DNA from: Balanoglossus misakiensis | Lineage: Eukaryota > Animalia > Hemichordata | Reading direction: 5' to 3' | Assembly: GCA_040954595.2 (NCBI GenBank) | Contig: CM082589.2 | Coordinates: 7,499,186 to 7,563,185, forward strand | DNA length: 64,000 nucleotides | Part shown: one piece after another, positions 1-12,665 of the stretch | Position numbering within the stretch: position 1 is the stretch's first letter | Layout of the letters: each line of letters opens with the position of its first letter | The notes under the pieces: generated by a model | The model's input: the letters and a program-made list of their open reading frames with translations, nothing else | Database searches by the model: none | What the model was told of the DNA's origin: nothing | Position numbers and translations under genes: made by a program

Positions 1-1370
1 AAGACGAAATTTTCGAGAGAAAAACAGTCACGGCTAGTGAGGCTTTAACAGCATTTCATTCTTTTTGTCAAGATAAAAATCTTGGCAATAGCCTCGCTCA
101 CCTGATTTGCAAAATGGCCTTCGCTCAACTAAAGGTGGATTGCGCACAAGACGATAACTTTGCGAAGGCGGCGAGTGGGACTGTGAATTAGTCAACACGC
201 CCAAGATTTGTAATGGTAATAAATACAATGTACATATAATCTGAGTGCATCGTCTGTTTTTAGTCCCCCAAATACGTAACAACACTTTGGCTGAGAATTT
301 AGGGGGCCCTGCGTGGCAGCCCTCGCCAACCAAACTCAGCTAGGGGCCCTAGATTTGTGGAAAGTGTTTCTTCGCAGTGGAAGTAGAATACTGTAGTGCG
401 TTGTGCTGTTCACCCAGTTGTATCCGTGAGTATACTGAGTTTTATATCACTTTGAGAAACACTTTTACTACAGTCATGTAATAAGCCTGGTGTGATGAGG
501 AATATTTCAGCACTGAACATAGGCCCCTACATGTATGAGGAACTGTTGCCCTACAACACTATACAAGTCGCAGCATTCAACGTTTGCATTCATGGTGTCC
601 AGTGTTTACAAATAGATTAAGTAGTTTTTTTCTTTATTTAGATTTTTTATTTGTTTATTTATTTTAATCATTCATTCATAATCCCGTTAAACTCACTAAT
701 ACAACAGTTTTAAAATGTCTCGGGTAGTAACAAAAATGTGATCAAGACTGACCTTAGATGGCATGATCAGTATGTTCATGAAGGTCAAGCCCCCCCCCCC
801 CCTTCTCAAGGTTAATTAGACCAGATCAACGCCAACACCTGATCTCTGAATTCTATCTCTTCTTCAAAAAAGTAAAACAAATAGAAGAGAATTCAGAGGC
901 AGTTTATTTCTGGTATAAAAGTTTCATCCAGACACAAAATATCAATGGCTGAAAAATCGAACCATATACACGTACAGAGTGTTTCTACGCTTTTTTATAT
1001 ATTTATCCAGAAACTATTTAAAGACCCCGTGACTATAGTAGTTGGAGAAAGCTGCTGGTACAAACTAGTATGCTGTGTGACTACACTTTGTTCAATTTAA
1101 AATAGAATGCAAATTTTACTGTTAACACAGACTGGCATTTGATGTCACCAGTGAAGAATACTATAGGTGGATTTTGTCTACAATAACACTGTAACCGGCA
1201 GTTATAGATATGCAATAGTTGGAGAAAAATAGCTACTTGTAATACAAAATAATTGGTCGATATACATCATTGATGCAATTTTTATACCATTAAATTAATC
1301 CCTTCCTCCTCCTCCTCTTAGACATATATGGATTTAGACCGAAAATGTTTTTTCCTGACTACAGAAATGT

Positions 1371-1404
<34 letters not shown>

Positions 1405-1442
1405 GTATTACTGATGTGCCCATTCTGTTATACAACAGCACG

Positions 1443-3326
1443 ATGCAAGCTTTGAAGGCATTGGTTCGTTTCCCAGAGGATTACTTTAAGGGGCTGGCTA
1501 TAGTAAAGAAGACTGACATACATAACCGCTATTGGGAAGAAAGGCAGAAAATTACGATACGTATTTTTGAAAGGTTTGAGTTCAAGGGAGACAAACACTC
1601 GGAGTTGCAAGTGCTTGGTATAGGAACAGGAGATGGTGAGTATATTTTCTGTTAGAAGAAGACATATCTTTGTTCGACGTCATCGTATACGAGTGGTTTT
1701 CGTGGAGAAGATGTACACCTCCGCGAAAACCACCAACGAAAATAAACCAAGTTCCGGTGCCATGTACCAAAAAACAATTATTGTGACAGGATTTTATAAA
1801 TAACTCCGAAGAACTGTTGCATTGTCGGCGAGTTCAAGTCAGTGCAGTCGGTCGGTACGCGTTTCTGTAGAAATATAAACATGGCGACAGGTTGATGACG
1901 TCGAAAAGGGGTGATGGATTTTTGATCTACGTCATACAGGTGGTGATATGGGCCAGTTCATGTGATAATGAAGGTCCAAATTTCCATCACCCAACAGGTA
2001 ACAGCGATATTTCAATAATTGACACGTTGTGTGGCAAATATCACCACATCAACTTTTATGTTGCGGAACCCGCGGAAAGTGAAGTTAACAAGTACAAGAC
2101 GTTGGTGGCGTCTAAACAGGAACAAGGCCTCTGGAAGAATGCCAATTTTGAATTCCATCGCCCGGGAACTGTTGAAAGTTACCTCGCAGATGCTAAGGCA
2201 GGGAAGATTCAGAACAGGTTCGACATCATTCATCTCCAACACAGTGCCTATCATTTCATCAACGTTGAGGACATCTTTGTAGAGCTGTATGGTCTTCTAA
2301 ACACCGGCGGGATGTTGTTCAATTTGATTGGTGCGGGTAGGTTAAAGTCAGAAACATATTCACATCTTTAGGAAAATGTCGAATGAAGCAAGCATTATCA
2401 TGGCTGTCGCTGATCAATACAGCTCAGTCCAGCATCACTGTATCCAGGCTGTACTCTACACATTTAAGGTATACAATCATCTGTAAATTATATTTACCCG
2501 TCCCGTATATGAGGAGGAAAGTTGGATAATATGACACTATAATCATTTATTCCATTCCGTCATTCATTAAAGTACAAGGTCACCCCTAATTTACATACGC
2601 CCATATATGGCTGAAATGGCGTATTTGAGTTTTGTAAAGAACATATGGTGGCGCTCTTTTTTCGCGTGCGCCACCCACTGAAAATCTGTGATTGGCTAGA
2701 TCTCAGTTTAACTAGGTAACTATAGGGGGCCGTATACCATTAAGTATATGAGACATGCCATTCAGGATAAAAATACGACACGCCGGGATTTGTATTTGGG
2801 CTGTACCTTCAGTGTTTGCATGTCCTTTGGCGAACCACATTTGAGTTCAACGGATCATAAGACTGTGTTACTGTATTTCCTTTTTGAGAAGGTTCTTCCA
2901 CGCCGAACAAACTACGTTCAGTTAATTTGCAGTGGTCTGAAATTATGTTATATATTTTGTTTTCTCTCTTTAGGCGCCTGGAATGAGATTTACCTGCGAT
3001 TGGGTAATATTATTCCTGATCCCATGGTATGTAAGTTTGGTTCTGCTAAGGTTCGAGAAATATTGCAGCGACGAATGCCGCACGTAAAGGCCACTGTAGC
3101 AACGCACTCAAAATTCGATTACTGCATTGACGAGTGCTTCAAAGAAGATTCTGAGGAGGGGAATTTGATGCTTGATTTCCTGACTCAAGTCCACAACTTC
3201 AGACAGGATGCACCCAAAGAAATATTTGATGATTTCATGAAATTTCTGAGAGAGGAATGTTGTTACAAGATTGGTGATAATTTCATTCTGGCCGGAGAAG
3301 AGGAGAGTATTGTGATAATTAAGTAG
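1443..3326 (+). CDS. HNMT: Histamine N-methyltransferase-like class I SAM-dependent methyltransferase, copy 1 (3 coding exons, 294 aa)
   Basis: Exons 1443-1635, 1998-2336, 2974-3326 with GT/AG boundaries and phase 1/1 introns; 885 nt open frame. SAM motif I VLGIGTGDG, post-I YVAEP, FDIIHLQHSAY, LLNTGG and GNLMLDFLTQ align by eye with HNMT (ILSIGGGAG, VEP, DFIHMIQMLYY, GDLLWDFLTE). The ATG follows an acceptor-like ACAG|CACG, implying an upstream non-coding exon. The symbol denotes family, not proven orthology. Confidence 0.85.
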
Positions 3327-5359
3327 AAATTTCTTAGACTTATAGTTTGCAGCCCGTTGTAGTCTTTATTGTATAATATTAATGTCAGCTGCGTTCAACT
3401 TGTGTTGATTAGAATTTTAATATTTGAAGATGAAAAGAAGTTAATATATCAATATCAATAAAATAATAAGATAAGGAAATAAGATAAAATTCAAATTTAG
3501 CCTGAGATACTTGCCACATAAAATTTTGAATGTTTTTTATTCATGTGTTGACTGAAAAGTACTCTGTGAAGATGTTAATACGGACGGTAATAAATTATCT
3601 TTGATCTTTACAAAAAAAAGAACAGAGGCGTACAGGTTTACGTTCAAATGTTGAACCAACCACACGGACATCTTTTGGTTTTACGTGTCTACACTGAACG
3701 TTTCAGAGTAGAATTAAAAGAACAGACAAGAACGTCGTGACAGTTGAATCCTGTTGTTGTCATACCTTTCCATAGTCCAATCTTGGTGATTACAAAAAGT
3801 CGTGGTGATGACATGTCAGTAACCGGAACCGGAAGTAAGTTTGGAGTTTTTGACGATATGTCAGAAACCGGAACCGGAAGTATGGTCCAGAGTATAAACT
3901 GTCGGCAGGCACAGAGGGTCATAGGGAATAGAGGTGTATACTTAGACAATAACGCTTATGTACAATAGATGTATTCAGTAGGTATAGTTTATCATTCTTT
4001 AGGACACTGAACAAGAAATTACAGCGTTTCCTAAGTTTGGTATTTGTTTAGTCGAGTGGAAAAAATGAAAATCAAATAAAGAGAATCCCACTAGCAGCCT
4101 CACTCGTCTGCTTAATGTTGCATGCGTCACATTTGACAAGATGATAACTTTGTGAAGGCAACAAGGGGATGTGTGAGAGAGTCTGCTTACGAGACTGCTA
4201 CTACGGTAATGAATATATTATCTGTAAATATGGTCTGAGATTGTCCACAAACGGTGTGTTAGACAGCTTTACCTTAGAGGAGAGGAAATATGAAACGCTC
4301 ACTGCTCTACTGTAACTGCATCGAAGGTTTGTCTACCTTTATTGTCTAATTTTTATTCCCCAAAATACGTAACAACACTTTGAATGTGAATTTAGGGGGC
4401 CCTGCATGGCAGCCCTCGCAAACCAAACTCAGCTAGGGGCCCTATATTTGTGGAAAGTGTTTCTTCGCAGTGGAAGTAGAATACTGCAGTGCATTGTGTT
4501 GTTCACGCAGTTGTATCCGTGAGTATACTGAGTTTTATATGATTTGAGATACACTTTTATCACAGTCATGTAATAAGCCTGGCGTGACGAGGAACATTTG
4601 AGCCAGAACTGAACATACATGTATGATGAACTGTTGGCCTGCAGCCCTATACAAGTCGCAGCATTCAACGCTAGCATTCATTGTGTCCTTTGTTTACAAA
4701 TAGATGAAGTAGTTTTATTTATTTACATTTTCTGTATTTAGATATTTATTTGTTTATTTATTTATATTAGGTCATTGTATCATAATCCCGTTAAACTCCT
4801 TAATACAAGAGTGTTAAAATATCTCGGGTAGTGACAAAAATGTTATCAAACCTGCAGCTTAGATGGTCAGGTCAACGCTACCCCTCAAGGTTAATTAGTC
4901 CAGAGCAACGCCAACACCTGATCTCTGAATTCTATCTTCTCCCCAAAAAATAAAACAATAATGGAGAATTCAGTTCTTAGTTTATTATTCGTATAAAAGT
5001 TTCATCCAGGCACAAAATGGCAATGGCTGAAAAATCGAACCATACTTTGTCAATATCAAACACCAGAATTTTTATACGTCATTTCTATATATAAACATTA
5101 ATAACACGAACTATTTAAAGACTCCGTGACTTTAGTAGTTGGTGAAAACTGCTGGTACAAACTAGTATGCTGCGTGACTACTATTCTTTCAAGTTAAAAT
5201 AGCATGCAAATTCTACTGTTAACACAAGATTATTTTATAGCATTTGATGTCACCAGTTAAGAATACCAGGCAGATTTTGTCTAGAATAATATAGTTGCCG
5301 GCAGTTATAGATAAAGTTGATGTATTATCATTGTGGCAATTTTGTTGTACAACAGCACG
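3327..5359. repeat. HNMT intergenic spacer duplicated at 8086-10283; its second half is also homologous to about 260-1210
   Basis: Long collinear near-identity between the copy1-copy2 and copy2-copy3 spacers, seen directly. Confidence 0.85.
3821..3898 (+). promoter_or_regulatory. Candidate HNMT promoter: two AACCGGAACCGGAAGTA (ETS/GABP-type) sites followed by TATAAA; duplicated at 8581-8660
   Basis: Motifs at 3821-3837 and 3866-3882, TATAAA at 3893-3898; about 1.5 kb upstream of an ATG exon that starts with a splice acceptor. Confidence 0.35.
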
Positions 5360-8085
5360 ATGCAAGCTCTGAAGGCATTGGTTCGTTTCCCCGAGGATTA
5401 CTTTAAGGGGCTGGCTATAGTAAAGAAGAATGACATACATAACCGCTGGGAAGAAAGGCAGAAAAATTCGAGACGTGTTTTTGAAAGGTTTGAGTTCCAG
5501 GGAGACAAACATTCGGATTTGCTAGTGCTTGGTATAGGAACAGGAGACGGTGAGTATATTTTATGTTAGAAGTAGACAAAGCATGTTTACATAAACATGT
5601 TTATATCCCTGCACCAGAATAGACCTGAACTGGTCATTTTGCTCTGTTTGTGGGAGATACAAAAACACGACACAACCAGAATTGGCGAAAAATGGCCAAG
5701 AGATATTGACCCTTTATTGCAAAGTTAACAATGTGTAAAGATGATGAAAAATTCCTCGCCAGTTGCCTGCCTCAATAAAACAGCAAAAACCTCAACAAGG
5801 TAGGTATAGGTCAAAGGTCAACTGGCGAGGAAAATTAACATAACATTAAACACTGTAAAATAGGTACATAAAGAATCTCCCACAAAGGTGTGGGCCTAAA
5901 AACGCCTCTAACAACTACAATCCAATGCGACAATGAAATAAGTAAAGATACAAAGTCCATGTAAGCTCTAAAATACATATACCTCCGTCCCATACGACCT
6001 ATGTAGGGGAGGTAGATGGGGAGGCGGTGGGAGTGAAAATTCGAGGAGATGAACCAGCTCGTTGTCTTGAGGTCACGGCTGTAAAATGGAAAAGGCTGTT
6101 CCTAGTATTGACTCCCCCCCTATAGGAAACTGCAAATATTGTCAAGGCGGGAAAATGAAGTTGCTCTTCCATGAAGTGTCTCCCCCCGGAGACTAAAGTG
6201 CTGTAAACCTCCCTGTCGGATAATAGAAAACTGTAAAACTTGATCACTAAGAAGCATGTCTATAAATGCGATTATAATAGTGATTATAATCGTGCTTATA
6301 GAAAGACAAATTGCATCACCAAGATTTTAATGCCATGTGTAAAACAATCGCAGGAGCATTTCATCTTAGCTTAGCCTCAGAATCATATATCGATTAAATT
6401 TTGCGCGCGTTGATACATTTTGTCAGTGTTATTTTCGTTCAGTAGTTGATGAGTATCGATATCGAATACGGCGTTTCCCAATGGCGCAGGTTACGTTAAA
6501 GATTAGTCTCCGATGGGAATATACTTTTTACTGACAAATCTTAATTTCCAGGGTATCCCAAATAGATATGTCATACGTTGTTAACATGTTTTGTTTCTAG
6601 ATTTTGCATTTTCATTGTGACAGTGAGTGAAGGTCCAAATTTCAATCCACCAACAGGTAACAGCGATATTCCCATAATTGACACGTTGTGTGGCAAATAT
6701 CACCACATCAACTTTTATGTTGCGGAACCCTTGGAAAGTGAAGTTAACAAGTACAAGACGTTGGTGGCGTCTAAACAGGAACAAGGCCTCTGGAAGAATG
6801 CCAATTTTGAATTCCATCGCCCGGGAACTGTTGAAAGTTACCTCGCAGATGCTAAAGCAGGGAAGATTCAGAACAGGTTTGACGTCATTCATCTCCAACA
6901 CAGCGCCTATCATTTCAACAATGTTGAGGATATCTTTGTAGAGCTATACGGTCATCTCAACACCGGCGGGATGTTGTTCAATTTGATGGGGTCAGGTAGG
7001 TATAGTCCGAAAGGTTGTCACATCTTTATCAAAACGGTGAATGAAGTAAGCATTGTCATGGCTGTCGCTGATCAATACAGCTCAGTCCAGTGTCATTGTA
7101 TCCAGGCTGTACACATTGAAGGTATACAATCATCTCTAACCCGTCCCGTATAGACAGTGGGTGTGTCTAAGTCTTCGGTGACCACTTCTGGGGCGGACAA
7201 TTTTGTGTGGCCTACCCCTGAAAATATCCGGCTGGCTAGATGTAAAGTTACCATAGTAACTGTGACTGAATTTGCATAGGTCCCCGTACACATTTAATAG
7301 TTTACATATATACCTATTATTTCTGTTCACGAGACCATGTCACAACATGCCACAACATTCTATAGCAAAGTCGAACAAAGCGTGTATGAGCACGCTAACC
7401 CGTGTTGGAATACAGGCGTGTAATGCTATCTGCGTGTCAAATATGCAGAATATGAGACTATATAGTATGACCCGTGATTGGTCGAATCGATGACAATATT
7501 CTGTCTTTGAAAGACTGCTTTGAACGTGCAGAGTACACGGGGATTTTTTTTATTCTTGTAGTCCCATTGATGAACCCAGTGGAGTCATTTGTTCCAGTAA
7601 CTGTATTTCCTTTTTTTATAATGTTCTTCGATGCCGAACGAAATACGTTTAGTTTATTTGCATCACCGAGGAAACATGCGATCGCGAGCACAGGTCTGAA
7701 GTTATGTTATAGTTTTTCGTTTTCTCTCTTAGGCGTCTGGGAGGAGATTTATGTGCGATTGGGAAATATTATTCCTGATCCCATGGTATGTAAGTTTGGT
7801 TCTGCTAAGGTTCGAGAAATATTGCAGCGACGAATGCCGCACGTAAAGGCCACTGTAGCAACGCACCCAAAATTCGATTACTGCATTGACGAGTGCTTCA
7901 AAGAAGATTCTGAGGAGGGGAATTTGATGCTTGATTTCCTGACTCAAGTCCACAACTTCAGACAGGATGCACCCAAAGAAATATTTGATGATTTCATGAA
8001 ATTTCTGAGAGAGGAATGTTGTTACAAGATTGGTGATAATTTCATTCTGGCCGGAGAAGAGGAGAGTATTGTGATAATTAAGTAG
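5360..8085 (+). CDS. HNMT: HNMT-like methyltransferase, copy 2 (293 aa)
   Basis: Exons 5360-5549, 6657-6995, 7733-8085; same phases as copy 1; one-codon deletion in exon 1 (NR-WEE vs NRYWEE); frame intact. Confidence 0.85.
5575..6303. mobile_element. About 0.7 kb insertion specific to intron 1 of HNMT copy 2
   Basis: Absent from the otherwise collinear intron 1 of copy 3; AGACAAA occurs on both sides; internal inverted repeat TTCCTCGCCAGTTG/CAACTGGCGAGGAA; its terminal segment GCATGTCTATAAAT.CGATTA recurs at about 60345. Confidence 0.6.
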
Positions 8086-10283
8086 AAATTTCTTAGACTT
8101 ATAGTTTGCAGCCCGTTGTAGTCTTTATTGTATAATATTAATGGCAGCTGTGTTCAACTTGTATTGATTAGAATTTTAATATTTGAAGATGAAAAGAAGT
8201 TAATATATCAATATCAATAAAATAATAAGATAAGGCGAATAAGATAAAATTCAAATTTAGCCTGAGATACTTGCCACATGAATTTTTGAATGTTTTTTCA
8301 TTCATGTGTTGACTGAGACGTTCTCTGTTTAAATGTTAAATACAGACGGTTATAGATTATGTTGGATCTCTACAAAAAAGAACCGAGGCGTACAGGTTTA
8401 CGTTCAAATGTTGAACCAACCAGAAGGACATCTTTTTGTTTTACGTGTCTACACTGAACGTTTCAGAGTAGAATTAAAAGAACACACGAGAACATCGTGA
8501 CATTTGAATCCTGTTGTTATCATACCTTTCCATAGTCCAATCTTGATGGTTACAAAGAGTCATGGTGATGATATGTCAGTAACCGGAACCGGAAGTAAGG
8601 TTCGGAGTTTTTGACGATATGTCAGAAACCGGAACCGGAAGTATAGTTCAGAGTATAAAATGTCGGCAGGCACAGAGGGTCATAGGGAATAGAGGTGTAT
8701 ACTTAGACAATAACGCTTATGTACAATAGATGTATTCAGTAGGTATAGTTCATCATTCTTTAGGACACTGAACAAGAAATTACAGCGTTTCCTAAGTTTG
8801 GTATTTGTTTAGTCGAGTGGAAAAATTGAAAATGAAATAAAGAGAATCCCGCTAGCAGCCTCACTCGTCTGCTTAATGTTGAATGCGTCACATTTGACAA
8901 GATGATAACTTTGTGAAGGCGGCGAGGGGATGTGTGAGAGAGTCTGCTTACAAGACTGCTACTACGGTAATGAATATATTATCTGCATGTATGGTCTGAG
9001 ATTGTCCGCAAACGGTGTGTTAAACAGCTTTACCTTAGAGGAGAGGAAATATGAACCGCTCACTGCTCTACTATAACTGCGTCGACGGTTCGTCTACCTT
9101 TCCGCTTTGTTCAGCGTTTTAAACTCTGTCGACTAACAAGTGACAGCACTTTTGCTGGGAATTCGGAAGCCCTGGGAGCCCTCGCAGACAAAATATAGGG
9201 GCGAGTGGGGCTGTGAAATAGTCGACACACCCAAGACTTGTAATAAATACACTATCGGTGTGCATTGTTTAATTTTTATTCCCCCAAATACGTAACAACA
9301 CTTTGAATGTGAATTTAGGGGGCCCTGCATGGCAGCCCTCGCAAACCAAACTCAGCTAGGGGCCCTAGATTTGTGGAAAGTGTTTCTTCGCAGTGGAAGT
9401 AGAATACGGCAGTGCATTGTGCTGTTCACGCAGTTGTATCCGTGAGTATACTGAGTTTTATATGATTTGAGATACACTTTTATCAAATTCAATGTAATAA
9501 TCCTGGTTTGATGAGGCACATTTCAGCCAGAACTGAACATACATGTATGATGAACTGTTGGCCTGCAGCCCTATACAAGTCGCAGCATTCAACGCTAGCA
9601 TTCATTGTGTCCCTTGTTTACAAATAGATGAAGTAGTTTTATTTATTTACATTTTCTGTATTTAGACATTTATTTGTTTATTTATTTATATTAAGTCATT
9701 GAATCATAATCCCGTTAAACTCATTAATACAAGAGTGTTAAAATATCTCGGGTAAAGACAAAAATGTTATCAAACCTGAACTTAGATGGTCATGTCAACG
9801 CTACCCCTCAAGGTTAATTAGTCCAGAGAAACGCCAACACCTGATCTCTGAATTCTATCTTCTCCCCCCAAAAATAAAACAATAATGGAGAATTCAGATC
9901 TTAGTTTATTATTTGTATAAAAGTTTCATCCAGGCACAAAATGGCAATGGCTGAAAAATCGAACCATACTTTGTCAATATCAAACACCAGAATTTTTATA
10001 CGTTATTTCTATATATAATCATTAATAACACGAACTATTTAAAGACTCCGTGACTTTAGTAGTTGGAGAAAACTGCTGGTACAAACTAGTATGCTGCGTG
10101 TCTACAATTAGTTCAAGTTAAAATAGCATGCAAATTCTACTGTTAACACAAGACTATTTTATAGCATTTGATGTCACCAGTTAAGAATACCAGGCAGATT
10201 TTGTCTAGAATAATATAGTTGCCGGCAGTTGTAGATAAAGTTGATGTATTATCTTTGTGGCAATTTTGTTGTACAACAGCACG

Positions 10284-12665
10284 ATGCAAGCTCTGAAGGC
10301 ATTGGTTCGTTTCCCCGAAGATTACTTTAAGGGGCTAGCTATAGTTAAGAAGAATGACATACATAACCGCTATGGGGAAGAAAGTCAGAAAAATACGAGA
10401 CGTGTTTTTGAAAGGTTTGAGTTCAAGGGAGACAAACATTCGGAGTTGCAAGTGCTTGGTATAGGAACAGGAGACGGTGAGTATATTTTCTGTTAGAAGT
10501 AGATATAAACATGTACGAAGACAATTTACACCACCAAGATTTTAATGCTATGTGTAAAACAATCGCAGGAGCATTTCCTCTTAGGCTCAGAATTTGCGCG
10601 CGTTGATACATTTTGTCAGTGTAAGTTTTGTTCAGTATTTGGTCAATATCGATACGGAATATCGCATTTCCCCATGATGCAGGTGAGGTTAAAGATTAGT
10701 CTCCATAAGGGAATAAACTATTTCTTTTCTGGCAAAACTTAATTTCCAGGGCAATGTATACCGTATGTTATCAACTTTGGTATTGGTCAATCTAATATGT
10801 CGCATTAGTTTAATAAAGATATATCGTCTCGAGTCATACATGACTTTAATTTTAAACACCTTGTACAATTAATTTACTATGAAATTCGAAATACCAGCAA
10901 CAAACGCCAAACTAGCAACACCGTATTTCTTTGATTCCACCGACACGTTATCTCTAAAATTGTAACAACGTCACAATTTAGTAGACAAAGAGGCGCCCCC
11001 ATCCCAATTGCGCAGTTGAAGTACGTGCGTGTTGAGAGAGACGTGTCGACTCGAACACGGACGACGAGAGTTGTTTAGCGTGTCGAACGCTGCTCTACGA
11101 AGCTCGTAGTTGCCTTCTGGGTATTTGAACTCTCTCTATACCATTCTCTCATGAGGAGTTTATTAAAGAAGTGATGCGAACGCGAATGGAATAAGACAAA
11201 ATAAAACTATTCTAAATTTGAACATATGTATGTTATTTTAATCACCCAACAGGTAACATGGATATTCCAATAATTGACACGTTGTGTGGCAAATATCACC
11301 ACATCAACTTTTATGTTGTGGAACCCGCGGAAAGTGAAGTTAACAAGTACCAGGCGTTGGTGGCGTCTAAACAGGAACAAGGCCTCTGGAAGAATGCCAA
11401 TTTTGAATTCCATCGCCCAGGAACTGTTGAAAGTTACCTCGAAGATGCTAAAGCAGGGAAGATTCAGAACAGGTTTGACACCATTCATCTCCAACACAGC
11501 GCCTATTATTTCATCAACGTTGAGGACGTCTTTGTAGAGCTGTATGGTTTACTAAACACCGGCGGGATGTTGTTCAATTTGATTGGTGCAGGTAGGTAAA
11601 GTCAGAAAGGTGGCCACATTTTTAGGAAAACGGTGAATGAAGCAAGCATTGTCATGGCTGTCGCTGATCAATACAGCTCAGTCCAGTATCATGGTATCCA
11701 GGCTGCACACAGTAAATGTATACAATCATCTCTATACCGTCCCGTGTATAGACAATGAGTGTGTCTAAGTCTTCGGTGACCACTATTTCGGGCGGACATG
11801 TTTGTGCGGCCACCCCCTGAATATATGTGGCTGGCTCGATGTAAAGTTACCATGGTAACTGCGGCCGCTGAATTTGCATAGGTCCCGGTACACGTGTAAT
11901 ACTTTACATATATAAATATTATTTCCGTTCATGGGACCATGTGACAACATGCCACAACATTTTTTAGCAAAGTCGAACAAAACGTGTATGAACATACAAA
12001 CCCATTTTGGAATAAAGGCGTGTAAACCGATCTGCGAGTCAAATTTGCAGAACATGATTGGTCGAATCGATGACAGTATTCTGTCTTTGAAAGACTGCTT
12101 TGAACGTGCAGAGTACACGGGGATTGTTTTACTCTTGTAGTCCCATTGATGAACCCAGTGGAGTCATTTGTTACAGTAACTGTATTTCCTTTTTTGATAA
12201 TGTTCTTCGATGCCGAACGAAATATGTTAAGTCAATTTGCATCACCGAGGAAACATGCGATCGCGAGCACAGGTCTGAAGTTATGTTATAGTTTTTCGTT
12301 TTCTCTTTTTAGGCGCCTGGGAGGAGATTTATGTGCGATTGGGAAATGTTATTCCTGATCCCATGGTATGTAAGTTTGGTTCTGCTAAGGTTCGAGAAAT
12401 ATTGCAGCGACGAATGCCGCACGTAAAGGCCACTGTAGCAAAACACGTCAACTTAGATTTACGCATTGACGAGTGCTTCAAAGAAAATTCTAAAGACGGA
12501 AAATTGATGCTTGATTTCTTCACCCAAGTCCACAACTTCAGACAGGATGCACCGAAAGAAATATTCGATGATTTCATGAATTTTCTGAAGGAGGAATGTT
12601 GTTACAAGAGCGGCGATAATTTCATTATGTCCGCAGAAGAGGAAAGTATTGTGATTATTAAGTAG
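10284..12665 (+). CDS. HNMT: HNMT-like methyltransferase, copy 3 (294 aa)
   Basis: Exons 10284-10476, 11253-11591, 12313-12665; GT/AG boundaries, lengths 193/339/353 as in copy 1. Confidence 0.85.

Noticed and set aside
1660-1900. Possible LTR end plus primer-binding site (..AAACA TGGCGAC) in HNMT copy 1 intron 1
   Set aside because: No second LTR, TSD or gag/pol sequence; the motif is too short to support the call.
2012-2282. Recurrent alternative-frame and antisense ORFs over HNMT exon 2 (also at 6581, 11207, 14965, 63145)
   Set aside because: They recur only because the exon is duplicated; they have no independent motifs or splice support.
3811-3882. Short direct repeats with a spacer resembling a mini-CRISPR
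   Set aside because: Only two units, eukaryotic context and no cas genes; better explained as a duplicated transcription-factor motif.
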